A DNA stretch of 32,000 nt, taken from positions 25,938 through 57,937 of the forward strand of contig JACRMM010000029.1 of NCBI GenBank assembly GCA_016214985.1. Reading direction: 5' to 3'. The notes beneath the pieces were generated by a model. It searched no databases and was not told the DNA's origin. It saw only the letters and a list, made by a program, of their open reading frames with translations. Source of the stretch: Deltaproteobacteria bacterium (GTDB lineage: Bacteria > Desulfobacterota > Deferrisomatia > Deferrisomatales > JACRMM01). Each line of letters begins with the position of its first letter. Within the stretch, counting starts at the first letter, position 1. Position numbers and translations under genes: made by a program. Positions 18,200-27,500 of this stretch are shown in pieces.

Positions 18200-19525
18200 T
18201 CATCCGATCATCATGGCCGGGAGCCACGTGGCGAGCCCGGGAAAGAAGCACAGGATCAGCATGCCCAGGAACAGGAGCAGGATGAATGGCGTGGAGCCCC
18301 GGAGCACGGTGGAGAGGGGGATGTCCGGCACGATTCCCTGGACGATGTACAGGTTCAGGCCCACGGGCGGAGTAATGAGACCTGCCTCGAGGTTGAGCGT
18401 CATGAGGACGCCGAACCAGATGGGGTCAAAGCCCAACCCCTTGATGATGGGGTGCAGGATGGGAGAGAGGATCAGGATGATCGCGACCGGCGGCAGGAAG
18501 CATCCCGCCACCAGGAGCAGCACGTTGATCAGGAGCATGATCGCCCACCGGTTCACCGGCAGCGCGATGATGTCCTGCGCCAGGGTCTGCGCGACGTAGA
18601 GCTGGGTCAGGACGGCGCCGAACAGGAAGGAGGTGGCGATGATCATCATGATCATCGTGCTCTCCTTGGCGCTGCGGAGCAGGATGTTCTTGAGATCCCG
18701 GGGACGGTAGAGCCGGTAGAGCGCCATCGCGACGACCAGCACCAGAAACGCCCCCACGGCGGCCGCCTCGCTCGGGGTGGCCCAGCCCGTGTACAGGGAG
18801 CCCAGTACGAGGGCCACGACCACGAGGAAGGGGAAGACCTTCCCGGTGAGCGCGAGCTTCTCCGCCCAGGTGAAGGACTCGGCAGGGTGCGGCGCGTGCC
18901 CCGAGCCCTGCCTCTTCCGGTTGTCCCGGCCATAGGCGAAGGGTATCCAGGCGGAGAAGAGGAGCGACACCATGAGCCCGGGGATGATGCCGGCGATGAA
19001 GAGCTTGCCGATGGAGGTCTCCGTGGCGAGCCCGTAGACGATCATGGTGACGCTTGGGGGGATGAGGATGCCGAGGGTGCCGCCGGCCGTAATGATGCCG
19101 GTGGCCAGCCCGTCTGCGTAGCCTCGCTTTCGCATCTCGGGGATTCCCATGGTCCCGATGGCGGCCGCGCAGGCCGGGCTCGACCCCGTGAGCGCTGCGA
19201 AGATCGCGCAGGCGCCGATGTTCCCGATCCCGAGCCCCCCGGGAATCTTGTGCAGCCACCGGTGGAAGCACTCGTAGAGATCGCCCCCCGCCCTCGTCAT
19301 TGCCGCGATCATACCCATGAAGATGAAGAGCGGGATGGAGAGCAGGCTGAAGTCGTTCACGCCCTCGAAGACGTTCTCCGCCACCATGGAGATCTGGACC
19401 GCGTCCGTGAAGAGGAACATGGCCGCCAGGGCCGACACGCCGAGGGCGAAGGTGATGGGCATCCCGCTGAAGAGAAAGACCAGCGCAATCGCGAGGACGA
19501 TGCACCCGATCCAGAGTGGATTCAT
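18200..19525 (-). CDS. dctM: TRAP transporter large permease subunit (DctM-like)
   Basis: GMPITFALGVSALAAMFLF...LLSIPLFIFMGMIAA...GSSPACAAAIGTMGIPEMRKRGY..GIITAGGTLGILIPPS. Overlaps the upstream gene by 4 nt. Confidence 0.93.
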   Translation of the reverse strand: MNPLWIGCIVLAIALVFLFSGMPITFALGVSALAAMFLFTDAVQISMVAENVFEGVNDFSLLSIPLFIFMGMIAAMTRAGGDLYECFHRWLHKIPGGLGIGNIGACAIFAALTGSSPACAAAIGTMGIPEMRKRGYADGLATGIITAGGTLGILIPPSVTMIVYGLATETSIGKLFIAGIIPGLMVSLLFSAWIPFAYGRDNRKRQGSGHAPHPAESFTWAEKLALTGKVFPFLVVVALVLGSLYTGWATPSEAAAVGAFLVLVVAMALYRLYRPRDLKNILLRSAKESTMIMMIIATSFLFGAVLTQLYVAQTLAQDIIALPVNRWAIMLLINVLLLVAGCFLPPVAIILILSPILHPIIKGLGFDPIWFGVLMTLNLEAGLITPPVGLNLYIVQGIVPDIPLSTVLRGSTPFILLLFLGMLILCFFPGLATWLPAMMIG

Positions 19526-20112
19526 GCCGCTCTCCTCGTGGGCGCGACCCCACGGACCCCGTTACGGCGCGCTGCGAGACGCCCCGGACCCTGTTTGCGC
19601 CCGCCTGCCTCCCCCCCCCGGAGCCCCTTCACCCGTTCTGCCAGCCGCAACAGGTATTGCAGCGACGTGAGGGCCATGCCCAGGGGAAGAAGGGCATAGG
19701 GATAGACCAGCGGGAAGGAGAAGATGCCCGAGGACGTCCAGCCGCCCTCGTACGCGTCCCACCACATGGCGCTGCCCCGCCACGCAAGAAAGAGGCAGAA
19801 CGCGAGCGCGATGACCGACGTCACCAGATCGAGCCACTCCCGCGCCCGACGCGAGAGGTGGAGGATGATCATGTCAATGTTGATGTGGGCGTTTTCCTTG
19901 AGGCCGTAGGGGGCGCCCAGGAAAGTCGCCGCGATGAGCAGGTAGACCGACGTCTCCACCTGCCAGACCGTCGGCACCTTGAAGACGTACCGTACCACCA
20001 CCTGCTCGACGATGATCAAGGTCGCCGCCAGGATGCACAGCGCGCTCACGTAGCCCGCCAGCGTGCTGAGGCCGTTGACGGCGCGAACGATCGGGTTCGT
20101 GCTCTCGGACAT
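19522..20112 (-). CDS. dctQ: TRAP transporter small permease subunit (DctQ-like)
   Basis: ~196 aa, four-TM pattern, VVRYVFKVPTVWQVETSVYLLIAATFLGAPYGLKENAHINIDM. Confidence 0.9.
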   Translation of the reverse strand: MSESTNPIVRAVNGLSTLAGYVSALCILAATLIIVEQVVVRYVFKVPTVWQVETSVYLLIAATFLGAPYGLKENAHINIDMIILHLSRRAREWLDLVTSVIALAFCLFLAWRGSAMWWDAYEGGWTSSGIFSFPLVYPYALLPLGMALTSLQYLLRLAERVKGLRGGEAGGRKQGPGRLAARRNGVRGVAPTRRAA

Positions 20113-20132
20113 GGTTCGCCGCCTGTGGTCGG

Positions 20133-20163
20133 GAGCCCCGCCGGCACCGCGGCGGCGGGGCTC
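20133..20163 (-). promoter_or_regulatory. Strong intercistronic stem-loop between dctP-like and dctQ-like genes
   Basis: Perfect 11-bp inverted repeat GAGCCCCGCCG / CGGCGGGGCTC with a 9-nt loop and no following T tract. Confidence 0.6.
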
Positions 20164-20173
20164 GTGTCTTGCG

Positions 20174-21181
20174 CTACTTGTTGGCCAGGTCCAGGAGCTC
20201 CCTGCCGGCAGGCACGTCCTGCGCGAACTTGACCCAGGACGTCTCCTCGGCCACTTTCTTCCACGCCTTGAACTCGTCCTTGGTCATGGGATGCACCTTG
20301 ACCTTCTTTTCCGCAAAGACCTTTCCGGCCTCCTTGTTGGCGGCCACGGCGTCGTCGCGCGCCTTCTTCTCGAGCTCCAGCCCCACCGCCTCGACGACCT
20401 TCTGCTGGGCCGGCGTGAGCGACTCCCACACCTTGGTGCTCATCACCAGAGGCTCTGCCATGTACCAGATGGCGTAGGTGTCCGGGCTGTTGAAGTACTC
20501 GAGCTGCTCGTAGAGCCGGTAGGAGACGAAGGACTCGGCCGAGGTCATGCAGGCGTCGAGAACCTTGGTCTGGAGGGCCATGTAGATCTCGGAGGACGGC
20601 ATGCTGGTGATGGACGCACCCTGGGTGTTGAGCAGGTACTCGAAGTACTTGCCCGCGGCGCGGAACTTCAGACCCTTGGCGTCCGCCGGCAGGTTGACGG
20701 CCTTTCCGCGGCTTCCGATGCCCCCGCCGTACCAGAGCCAGGTCAGGATCTTCATCCCCTTGTCCTGGGAGATCTTGGCGACCCTCTTCCCGATCTCCTT
20801 CCCACGCCACGACATCCCTTCGTCGACCGATTCGACGATCCCGGGCATCAGCGTGATCTCTAACTCGGGGACCTTGCCGGAGGCGTAGGCGAGGGGGAAG
20901 ACCGAGAGGTCCAGGGCCCCCTTGGCCATGGCGTCGTACTGGGCGTTGGCCTTGAACAGGGCCGCCGAGGGGAAGATCTTGAAGGTCGGCTCGCCGTTGG
21001 TGGCCTTCTCTACGCGTTTGGCGAACTCCGCGGCGAGCTCGTGGCGGGCGTCGGCCTCGGCGAACTGGTGGGAGATCTTGAGCTCCCGAGCTTCGGCCTC
21101 CAGTGGCACAAAGGCGGCACGCACGCACAGGAACGCGCCAGCGGCCAACAGGGTTGCTGCAACGGTTCTCTTCTGGGGCAT
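20174..21181 (-). CDS. dctP: TRAP transporter substrate-binding protein (DctP-like)
   Basis: Signal peptide MPQKRTVAATLLAAGAFLCVRAAF, then LKISHQFAEADARHELAAEFAKRVEKAT...LSVFPLAYASGKVPELEITLMPGI. ATG at 21181. Confidence 0.9.
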   Translation of the reverse strand: MPQKRTVAATLLAAGAFLCVRAAFVPLEAEARELKISHQFAEADARHELAAEFAKRVEKATNGEPTFKIFPSAALFKANAQYDAMAKGALDLSVFPLAYASGKVPELEITLMPGIVESVDEGMSWRGKEIGKRVAKISQDKGMKILTWLWYGGGIGSRGKAVNLPADAKGLKFRAAGKYFEYLLNTQGASITSMPSSEIYMALQTKVLDACMTSAESFVSYRLYEQLEYFNSPDTYAIWYMAEPLVMSTKVWESLTPAQQKVVEAVGLELEKKARDDAVAANKEAGKVFAEKKVKVHPMTKDEFKAWKKVAEETSWVKFAQDVPAGRELLDLANK

Positions 21182-21222
21182 CTTCGCTCTCCTCCGGTCT
21201 GGGGTTGCGCTGCGGGGGCCGT

Positions 21223-21897
21223 TCAACCCGTGGGTTTCGCCGGGGTGTTCGCTTCGTACACGCGCACCAGGGCTTGCCCCTGCCTGACCAGGTGGCTCTT
21301 CATCAGGGCTTCCGCCGCCTCGGCCTCGCGGTTGCGGAAGGCGCTCAAGATGTCTCGATGCTCTTGGATCGACTCGTCGAACCGCTTCGCCTCGAAGATC
21401 TGCCGGTACCGGTACAGAAGGATCTTCTCCCGCAGTCCGTTGAGGATGCCGTTCAAGATCCGGTTCCCCGTGAGCTCCTGCACCAGCTCGTGAAAGACGT
21501 TGTTCGTCTTGATGTACCCGTCCCGGTCGCCGCGGGCGTAGTGCTGCTCCAGCTTGTCGTGGAGTCGCTCCAGCTTGGCGAGCGAGGCCGCGCTCATCCT
21601 CTCCGTCGCCATGCGGGCACAGGTGCCCTCGAGGATGCTCATGACCTCGAACATCTCCCGGACGTCGTCGAGGGACGGTTCGCTTACGAAAGCCCCCTTG
21701 TTGGGGACGAGACAAATCAGTCCCTCTGAGCTCAGAACCCGCAGCGCCTCGCGCAGGGGAGTCCGGCTGACGCCGACAGCCGCACACAGCTCCGCTTCAA
21801 CGACCCGCTGGCCCTTGGTCAAAACACCTTTTCGGATCATCTCGCGGATCCTGGATGCCACGTCCTGATGGAGGGAGCGAGCGGCGATCTTCTGCAA
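21223..21897 (-). CDS. GntR family (FCD-domain) transcriptional regulator
   Basis: LHQDVASRIREMIRKGVLTKGQRVVEAELCAAVGVSRTPLREALRVLSSEGLICLVPNKGAFV wHTH plus FCD-like C-terminus. The ORF extends to a TTG at 21966, but the promoter/operator lies inside that extension. TTG 21897 has AGGAG nine nt upstream and is preferred. Confidence 0.85.
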   Translation of the reverse strand: MQKIAARSLHQDVASRIREMIRKGVLTKGQRVVEAELCAAVGVSRTPLREALRVLSSEGLICLVPNKGAFVSEPSLDDVREMFEVMSILEGTCARMATERMSAASLAKLERLHDKLEQHYARGDRDGYIKTNNVFHELVQELTGNRILNGILNGLREKILLYRYRQIFEAKRFDESIQEHRDILSAFRNREAEAAEALMKSHLVRQGQALVRVYEANTPAKPTG

Positions 21898-21948
21898 TCG
21901 TGGTCTCTCCTGATCTGCAGAGAAGGAGGGGTGCCGAGCGGCGAGTCG

Positions 21949-21979
21949 ATTGTATACAATATGCAATTATGAATGTCAA
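21949..21979 (-). promoter_or_regulatory. Sigma70-type promoter overlapped by a GntR-type operator palindrome
   Basis: Minus strand: TTGACA (21979-21974), 17 nt, TATACA (21956-21951). Perfect 12-bp palindrome ATTGTATACAAT at 21949-21960. Confidence 0.8.
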
Positions 21980-22448
21980 TGGTATGAGACGGTGTTTGTT
22001 GTAGTGTAACGCCTGTGGACACCCCCGGTGCGGTGCGGCCGCGGGCGACAGGTCCGGCGGTTGCCGTTCCCGCCTGCCGTCTCTGGGGTCGCCGTCGATG
22101 CAACCTTGACGGCCCGTGCGTCTCCGTTCGGGCAAGACAGAAGCTCGGGAGACGGCCGTCGACGCGCCTCTTCTTCAGGCCGCCCTTCGAGGCCCGACGT
22201 CGGGCGACCGACTTGATTGTCCCCTCCTGCCATGCTAAACAGCCGGCCTTGCACCGATTCCCGCCTTGCCGCTCCGCGGCGCGCGGTGCGCCCGCCGCTC
22301 GGAGACTCCCGGAGCCTGATGACTCCCGGGGTGGCCGGAGGCGGGCAGGGTCTTCGGACTGGCGCCACCCCGATGCCTTGGCAGGGGCCTGCCGTGCCGA
22401 GCGCGTCCGAGGGCCCGGGGCGAGTCGCGACATCGAGGAGGACCGAAC

Positions 22449-23789
22449 GTGGAAGTGCCTGCTGGTGCTCGAACGCGAGGCGTGGCCCTTCTCGTGGCGC
22501 TCCTCAGCCTCGTCTCCGTTGCTGTGGGTGCCGAAACCGGTGCCCGCGTCCTGCTCGAGGACACCTTCGTCGACAACCGCAACGGTTGGGTCGAAGACGA
22601 CAACGAGGCCGCGCGGTTCGCCGTGGCGAGCGGGGCGTACACCCTGGAGTACAAACGCGAGAGCGGGTACTGGATCTCGACCCAGCCGGTCGAGCTCGGC
22701 CAAGACGACGACTTCGAGATCGATGCGGTCATCGACCGAGTTCGCGGCGGGAGCGATCACCGGTCCGGGCTCGTCTGGGGGTGTCGTCCGGAGGCTCCCC
22801 TCTCGTTCTCCTTCTTCGTCGTTTCTGCAGATGGGGTGGTGAGCGCCGGCAGACAGAGGGGCGACCACACTGTCTTCGTCCTGAAGGATGTGCCGTATCC
22901 CCGGATCCAGGGTGACGAAGGAGCACTTCGCCTGACGGTCCGCCGGCACGGGCTCGCCACTGCGTTGTCGGTCAACGGCTTCCGGATCGGTTCGATCTTG
23001 TCGGAGCCTCCCTTTGGCGGTGATGTGGGTTTCTACGTCCGTCATCCGGGCGGGGTCTGCGTCCGCTCGCTGCGTGTGAGCGCGACCCCGGTGCCGGGCC
23101 CGACGTCCCTATCGTCGGGCGCGGAGGAGCGGCAGCCTGGGCCGACCTCGGGCGAAACCTCGGGGAGTGCCCGCGCCGAGTACCGAGAGGCGGACAAGGC
23201 GCTCGGTGACCGGACGCGCCCCGCGGCGGCGCGCGTCGAGAAGGCCTCCGGCCATGCGCAAAGGGCCCTCGAACGCGCCCCGGGCGACGCGCGCGCCCAC
23301 GTCGTGGCAGCTCGCGTCGCGCTCGCGGGCGGCGACCGCCGCGGCAAGGGGTACGACGAGGAGAGCGTTCAAACGAAGGCTCTGCCGCTGATCGAGAAGG
23401 CCCTGGCGCTGGACCCCGATTCGGCCGACGCGCGCAGGACCGAGGCGGAGATCCGACTCGCGCTGCGCGACTCCCGGACGGCGAACCTGGCGCTTGCCCG
23501 AAGCCTCGAGCTCTCCCCCCCGAGAGGGTTGTCCTTCTTCCTGCTCGGCTGGTACTTCCGGCTGACCGGGCGGCCCGACGCGGCGGAAAAGGCGTGGGCC
23601 CAGGGGATCGCTGCTGCGGAGAGCGTCGACGAGCGCGCTGCGCTTCTCGAACGCGTCGCGTTGCAGTTCCTCTGCGACCGGGAGATCGAGCGGGCTACTG
23701 CGCTGCTTGCGGCGAGTCTCGCGCTGGTGCCTGGGTGCCCGGACGCGCTCCGCGATCTGGGAGACCTCCAGGCCGCCGCGGGCCGGTAG
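22449..23789 (+). CDS. Exported protein with N-terminal beta-sandwich/LamG-like region and TPR-type repeats; C-terminus appears prematurely truncated
   Basis: GTG with GAGGAGGACC upstream, signal peptide (GVALLVALLSLVSVAVGA), LEDTFVDNRNGW...FEIDAVIDRV, then TPR-like helices. Ends at an amber codon in the middle of a TPR. Confidence 0.7.
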   Translation: MEVPAGARTRGVALLVALLSLVSVAVGAETGARVLLEDTFVDNRNGWVEDDNEAARFAVASGAYTLEYKRESGYWISTQPVELGQDDDFEIDAVIDRVRGGSDHRSGLVWGCRPEAPLSFSFFVVSADGVVSAGRQRGDHTVFVLKDVPYPRIQGDEGALRLTVRRHGLATALSVNGFRIGSILSEPPFGGDVGFYVRHPGGVCVRSLRVSATPVPGPTSLSSGAEERQPGPTSGETSGSARAEYREADKALGDRTRPAAARVEKASGHAQRALERAPGDARAHVVAARVALAGGDRRGKGYDEESVQTKALPLIEKALALDPDSADARRTEAEIRLALRDSRTANLALARSLELSPPRGLSFFLLGWYFRLTGRPDAAEKAWAQGIAAAESVDERAALLERVALQFLCDREIERATALLAASLALVPGCPDALRDLGDLQAAAGR

Positions 23790-23971
23790 GACGAGGCGGC
23801 TGAGAGCTACCGCAGGGCCCTGGAGAGTGCCGACTCCGCGGAGACGCGGCACCGTCTGGCCCTGGCCCAGGCGAACCGGGCAAGGCACTGGAGGGGGAGG
23901 GGCGGTTCGAGGAGGTTCTCGCGGAGTACCGCGGGGCGGCCGAGTGCGACGGAGCCCAGCCTGACCCCTGA
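23790..23971 (+). pseudogene. Out-of-frame remainder of the TPR protein
   Basis: After TAG 23787-23789 the same frame reads DEAAESYRRALESADSAETRHRLALAQA. A second frame then reads KALEGEGRFEEVLAEYRGAAECDGAQPDP and stops at 23969-23971. Confidence 0.6.
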
Positions 23972-24269
23972 AGCCAGCCTCGGGTTGCCCTGGCAGGGGG
24001 AGCGCGTGGTCACAAACCCCCTGCCGGGCCCCTCGATCGGGAGCGGGGGCGGTGCAACCGCCGGCGTCCGCTCTCCCCTTCCTGGTTCGATGGGCGGGTC
24101 GATTGCGGGTTGAATCCCTGCGAAAGCTGTGGTATTCGGGCTCCATGCTCGTGGGCCGCGTCACAATCCTTCTCTGCGAGCGTTTTCTTGCCGCCCCGTG
24201 TTTTCTGGGGTCGAGTCGGCGTCCCTTCGACGCCAACCGTCCGTTGGAGTTTCCCGAGGAGGACCCGCC

Positions 24270-24332
24270 ATGAAGAAGTCCGCATACTCCAAGCCCAAGA
24301 TCGTCGGCGCCTCGGCTGTGCACCCTTGTTGA
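24270..24332 (+). CDS. Putative 20-aa peptide MKKSAYSKPKIVGASAVHPC
   Basis: ATG preceded by GAGGAGGACCCGCC (strong Shine-Dalgarno), short ORF to TGA. No length or codon statistics are possible at this size. Confidence 0.4.
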   Translation: MKKSAYSKPKIVGASAVHPC

Positions 24333-24593
24333 CGCCGTAGCCGAAGCCGCGTTTCGAGCCGGAACCCCTACGCTGGACGGACGCCCCGCAGGGCGCCGCT
24401 CGGCATCCGCGCCGCTCGGGTCGGGCGGGGTCTGACCGTCGGGGCAGACCTGCGCACCGTGGCGTGCGTGTGCGCTGCGGCGGTGTCCGTGATCTTCGGG
24501 CTGTGCGTGCCCTTCTGTTCGCGCGCCCGGGCTCGCAGGGCTTCACATCTCTTCTCGTTTGGCTTCTCATCGGGGAGGCCGGGAGGGTTGGTC

Positions 24594-27500
24594 ATGAGCC
24601 AGGGGCGGATCTTCGCAACCGGAATCTTGCTGGCGGGGGCGCTTTTCACGTCCTTGCCTCCGGGCGCTGGCGCAGAGGAGACCTGCACCATCTGCCACCA
24701 GGCCGGCGGAATCGGGGGATTGCCGAACCACCACTCGCTCAGCTCCTCCCCACCCTGTTCCCAGTGTCATCCGTCCTCCCCTGTGGGCGACAGTTGTCTT
24801 GGCTGCCACCGCGCCTTTGCGCCGCTTCACCACAATAATTTAGGAGTAAACTGGTCATCAGAAGACTGCTTTAGTAAATGCCATCCCCAGCCCCCAGGCG
24901 CGTGTCTCACCCCTTCTTGCCACTCCGTGATCCCTACCACGGCCACCACGGGCCACCACGATCCCACGGTACTCTCGACAAAAGTCTGCCTGGACTGCCA
25001 CACGGCCGACCCAAGACCGGCCGGCGACTGCACGGGTTGCCACTCCGACGTCGGAACCGCGCACGCCAACGCCGAGTGTTTCAGCTGCCACAACAACGCG
25101 ATGAAGAGCAGGCGCCCCATCGGACCCGAGTTCATCCTTCCTTCGCACCATGTGAACGTCCAGGCACCGGCCCAGATCGGCAAGGACCAGTGCAAGGCCT
25201 GTCATGACCTCACGGCCCACATGGCCGGGGCCGTCCTGCTCAAGGACGCAAACGGGGGCGCCTCGATCTCTTACGCCGGCGAGGCCTCGGCCACGCCCTT
25301 CTGCCTGAGCTGTCACGACGAGGATCACAAGACTTCGCAGCCGTTCTCCGACGGCCTGACCCCCGCCTCCTCCGCGTGGGATTTCAAATCCGTGGGCCTG
25401 AAGTTCAATAGCACCGAGGTCGTGAGCTCCAACAAGTATCCTCCCACGGCGCCCGCGCCCAACATGGCGGGGCAACTTTACAACACCGTGCCCGACGTGC
25501 AGAGGGCACTATCGGCCCACGGCAACCCGGCCGGCAACCTGGCCAACGGCAGCGCCTCGGATGCGAGGGTACCCTGCCTGGCATGCCACAACGCCCACGG
25601 GTCGCCGTCACCGAGCCTCCTGTTCAGCAGCGCGACCTACCAGCCGGCCAGCGAAGAGGACTTCTGCTGGGATTGCCACACCAACGCCGCCGCTTCGCCC
25701 CACAAGGCTTGGGACTACCTGCCGAACGATCGGGTCAGGGATTACTTCGGCGATTCGCGCTGGGGCATGAACGACGGCACAGGGTTCACGGTCGAATGGA
25801 TGGGGTCGTTCGCTTACAAGGATGCGCCCTTCAAGGGCTCCCACTTCCGTCCCAGCAAGCGAAAGATCAGCGACACGAACTGGCCCCGGAGCTCCGTCAC
25901 CTGCTCAAGCTGCCACGACCCCCACGGCGTCGACCCGAACAACGCCGCCAAGGCCTACATGGTGCCGCTCCTGAAGGGGACCTGGCTGATCTCTCCCTTC
26001 AAGGAAGACCGCGCGCCCCTGGCAAGCTACCAGAGCCCCCTGCGAGACAGCATCGCCGACCGCAACGGGAAGGCCGACCAGCCGAGGAGCAATCCAGACC
26101 TCTCGTTCAACAACACCCCCAACCCCGGGAGCGGGTACCCGAACGGAACGGGCGGGTCGGGCCACGAGGGGTACTTCATTGAAGACAACACCTTCGGCGT
26201 GTGGAACCCCCGGACCTCGGCGCCCGCGGCCGCCGGGGAGTGGCGGACCGTCCTCTCGAACAGCGAGACGATGCAGATCAACCGGATCGCCGAGACCGAC
26301 GCGCAGTTCGCCGGGCTCTGCCTCCAGTGCCACCCCAAGACGAGCCTCCTGTCGGGCTGGACCGGCCACGGGACTGTCAAGGGGTGGGGAGGCGCCAAGC
26401 GAGACCTCATCCCCAGCTCGCTTGCCAGTAGGGGCGGCGAGGAAGGCCCGGGGAACTCCATGCACGCCATGGGCAAGTACAACAGCGGGGGGGAAGACGG
26501 AATCGCGTACGGCCGCGGCTACCGCTGGGGCGTCAATCCCAGCGCCCAGGGGACGAGCGGGTACATTCAGGCCGACTACCACCAGTTCACCTGCTCCAAG
26601 TGCCACTCCCCCCACGCCGCCAAGGCGCCGAGGCTGCTCGTCACCAACTGCCTCGACTCCAAGGGCAACCACACGAGCTATCCGAAGGCCAAGACCGCAC
26701 AGGCCGCGAACTGCCACAGCACCCAACGCAACCTGGCGTGGAACACGCTGACTCCCTGGACGCAGACCGAAGCTCCCATGCAATACACGATCATGGCGAC
26801 GTCGACGACGGGCGGCACGATCTCGCCGACGGGAAATGTTCTGGTCGACCAGGGCCGCAGCCAGACCTTCACGATGACTCCGGCCAGCTCCAACTTCGTG
26901 CTCTCCTACTTCAGGGTGGACGGGGTCACCCAGCCCGCGGGCGCGAGCTACACGTTCACGAACGTCACCGCCGACCACACGATTGTCGCCACCTTCACGT
27001 CCTTGAATCTGGCCCAGGGCAAGACGGCCACCGCCTCGTCGACCCGCAGTGGGACCAACCCTTCCTACGCCGCGTCCATGGCGGTCGACGGCAGCACGAC
27101 CACCTCCTGGATGAGCAGCTCGACCTCCAGCGCCCAGTGGGTGCGGGTCGACCTCGGGTCGAGCCAGACCCTCTCCGTCGTCCAGGTCGCCTGGCCGGCG
27201 ACCTACTTCGCCAAGAACTTCCAGATCCAGACGTCGACCGACGGGACGAACTTCACGACGCGGTACACGGGCTCCAACGCCACCGGGACGGTCACCTACG
27301 CGAGCTTCGCCGCGGTGAGCGCCCGCTACGTCCGCGTCTACTGCACGACGCCCAACAACACCTCCTACTACGGCGTGTCGGAGCTCCAGGCCTTTGCGTC
27401 GGCGCCGCACAACAACGCGCCCACGGCTGATGCGGGGCCGGACAAGACGGGCACGGTTGGCACCGCGATCTCGTTCGCTGGGTCCGGGACCGACTCCGAC

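Noticed and set aside
24100-24120. T-arm-like string gcgggttgaatccctgc, possible tRNA
   Set aside because: The loop lacks the TTC core and no acceptor, D or anticodon arms could be drawn around it.
24060-24269. Possible GEMM/c-di-GMP riboswitch upstream of the peptide/cytochrome
   Set aside because: A tgcgaaagc string resembles part of the motif, but the conserved gcaaa/ggttaccga elements were not found.
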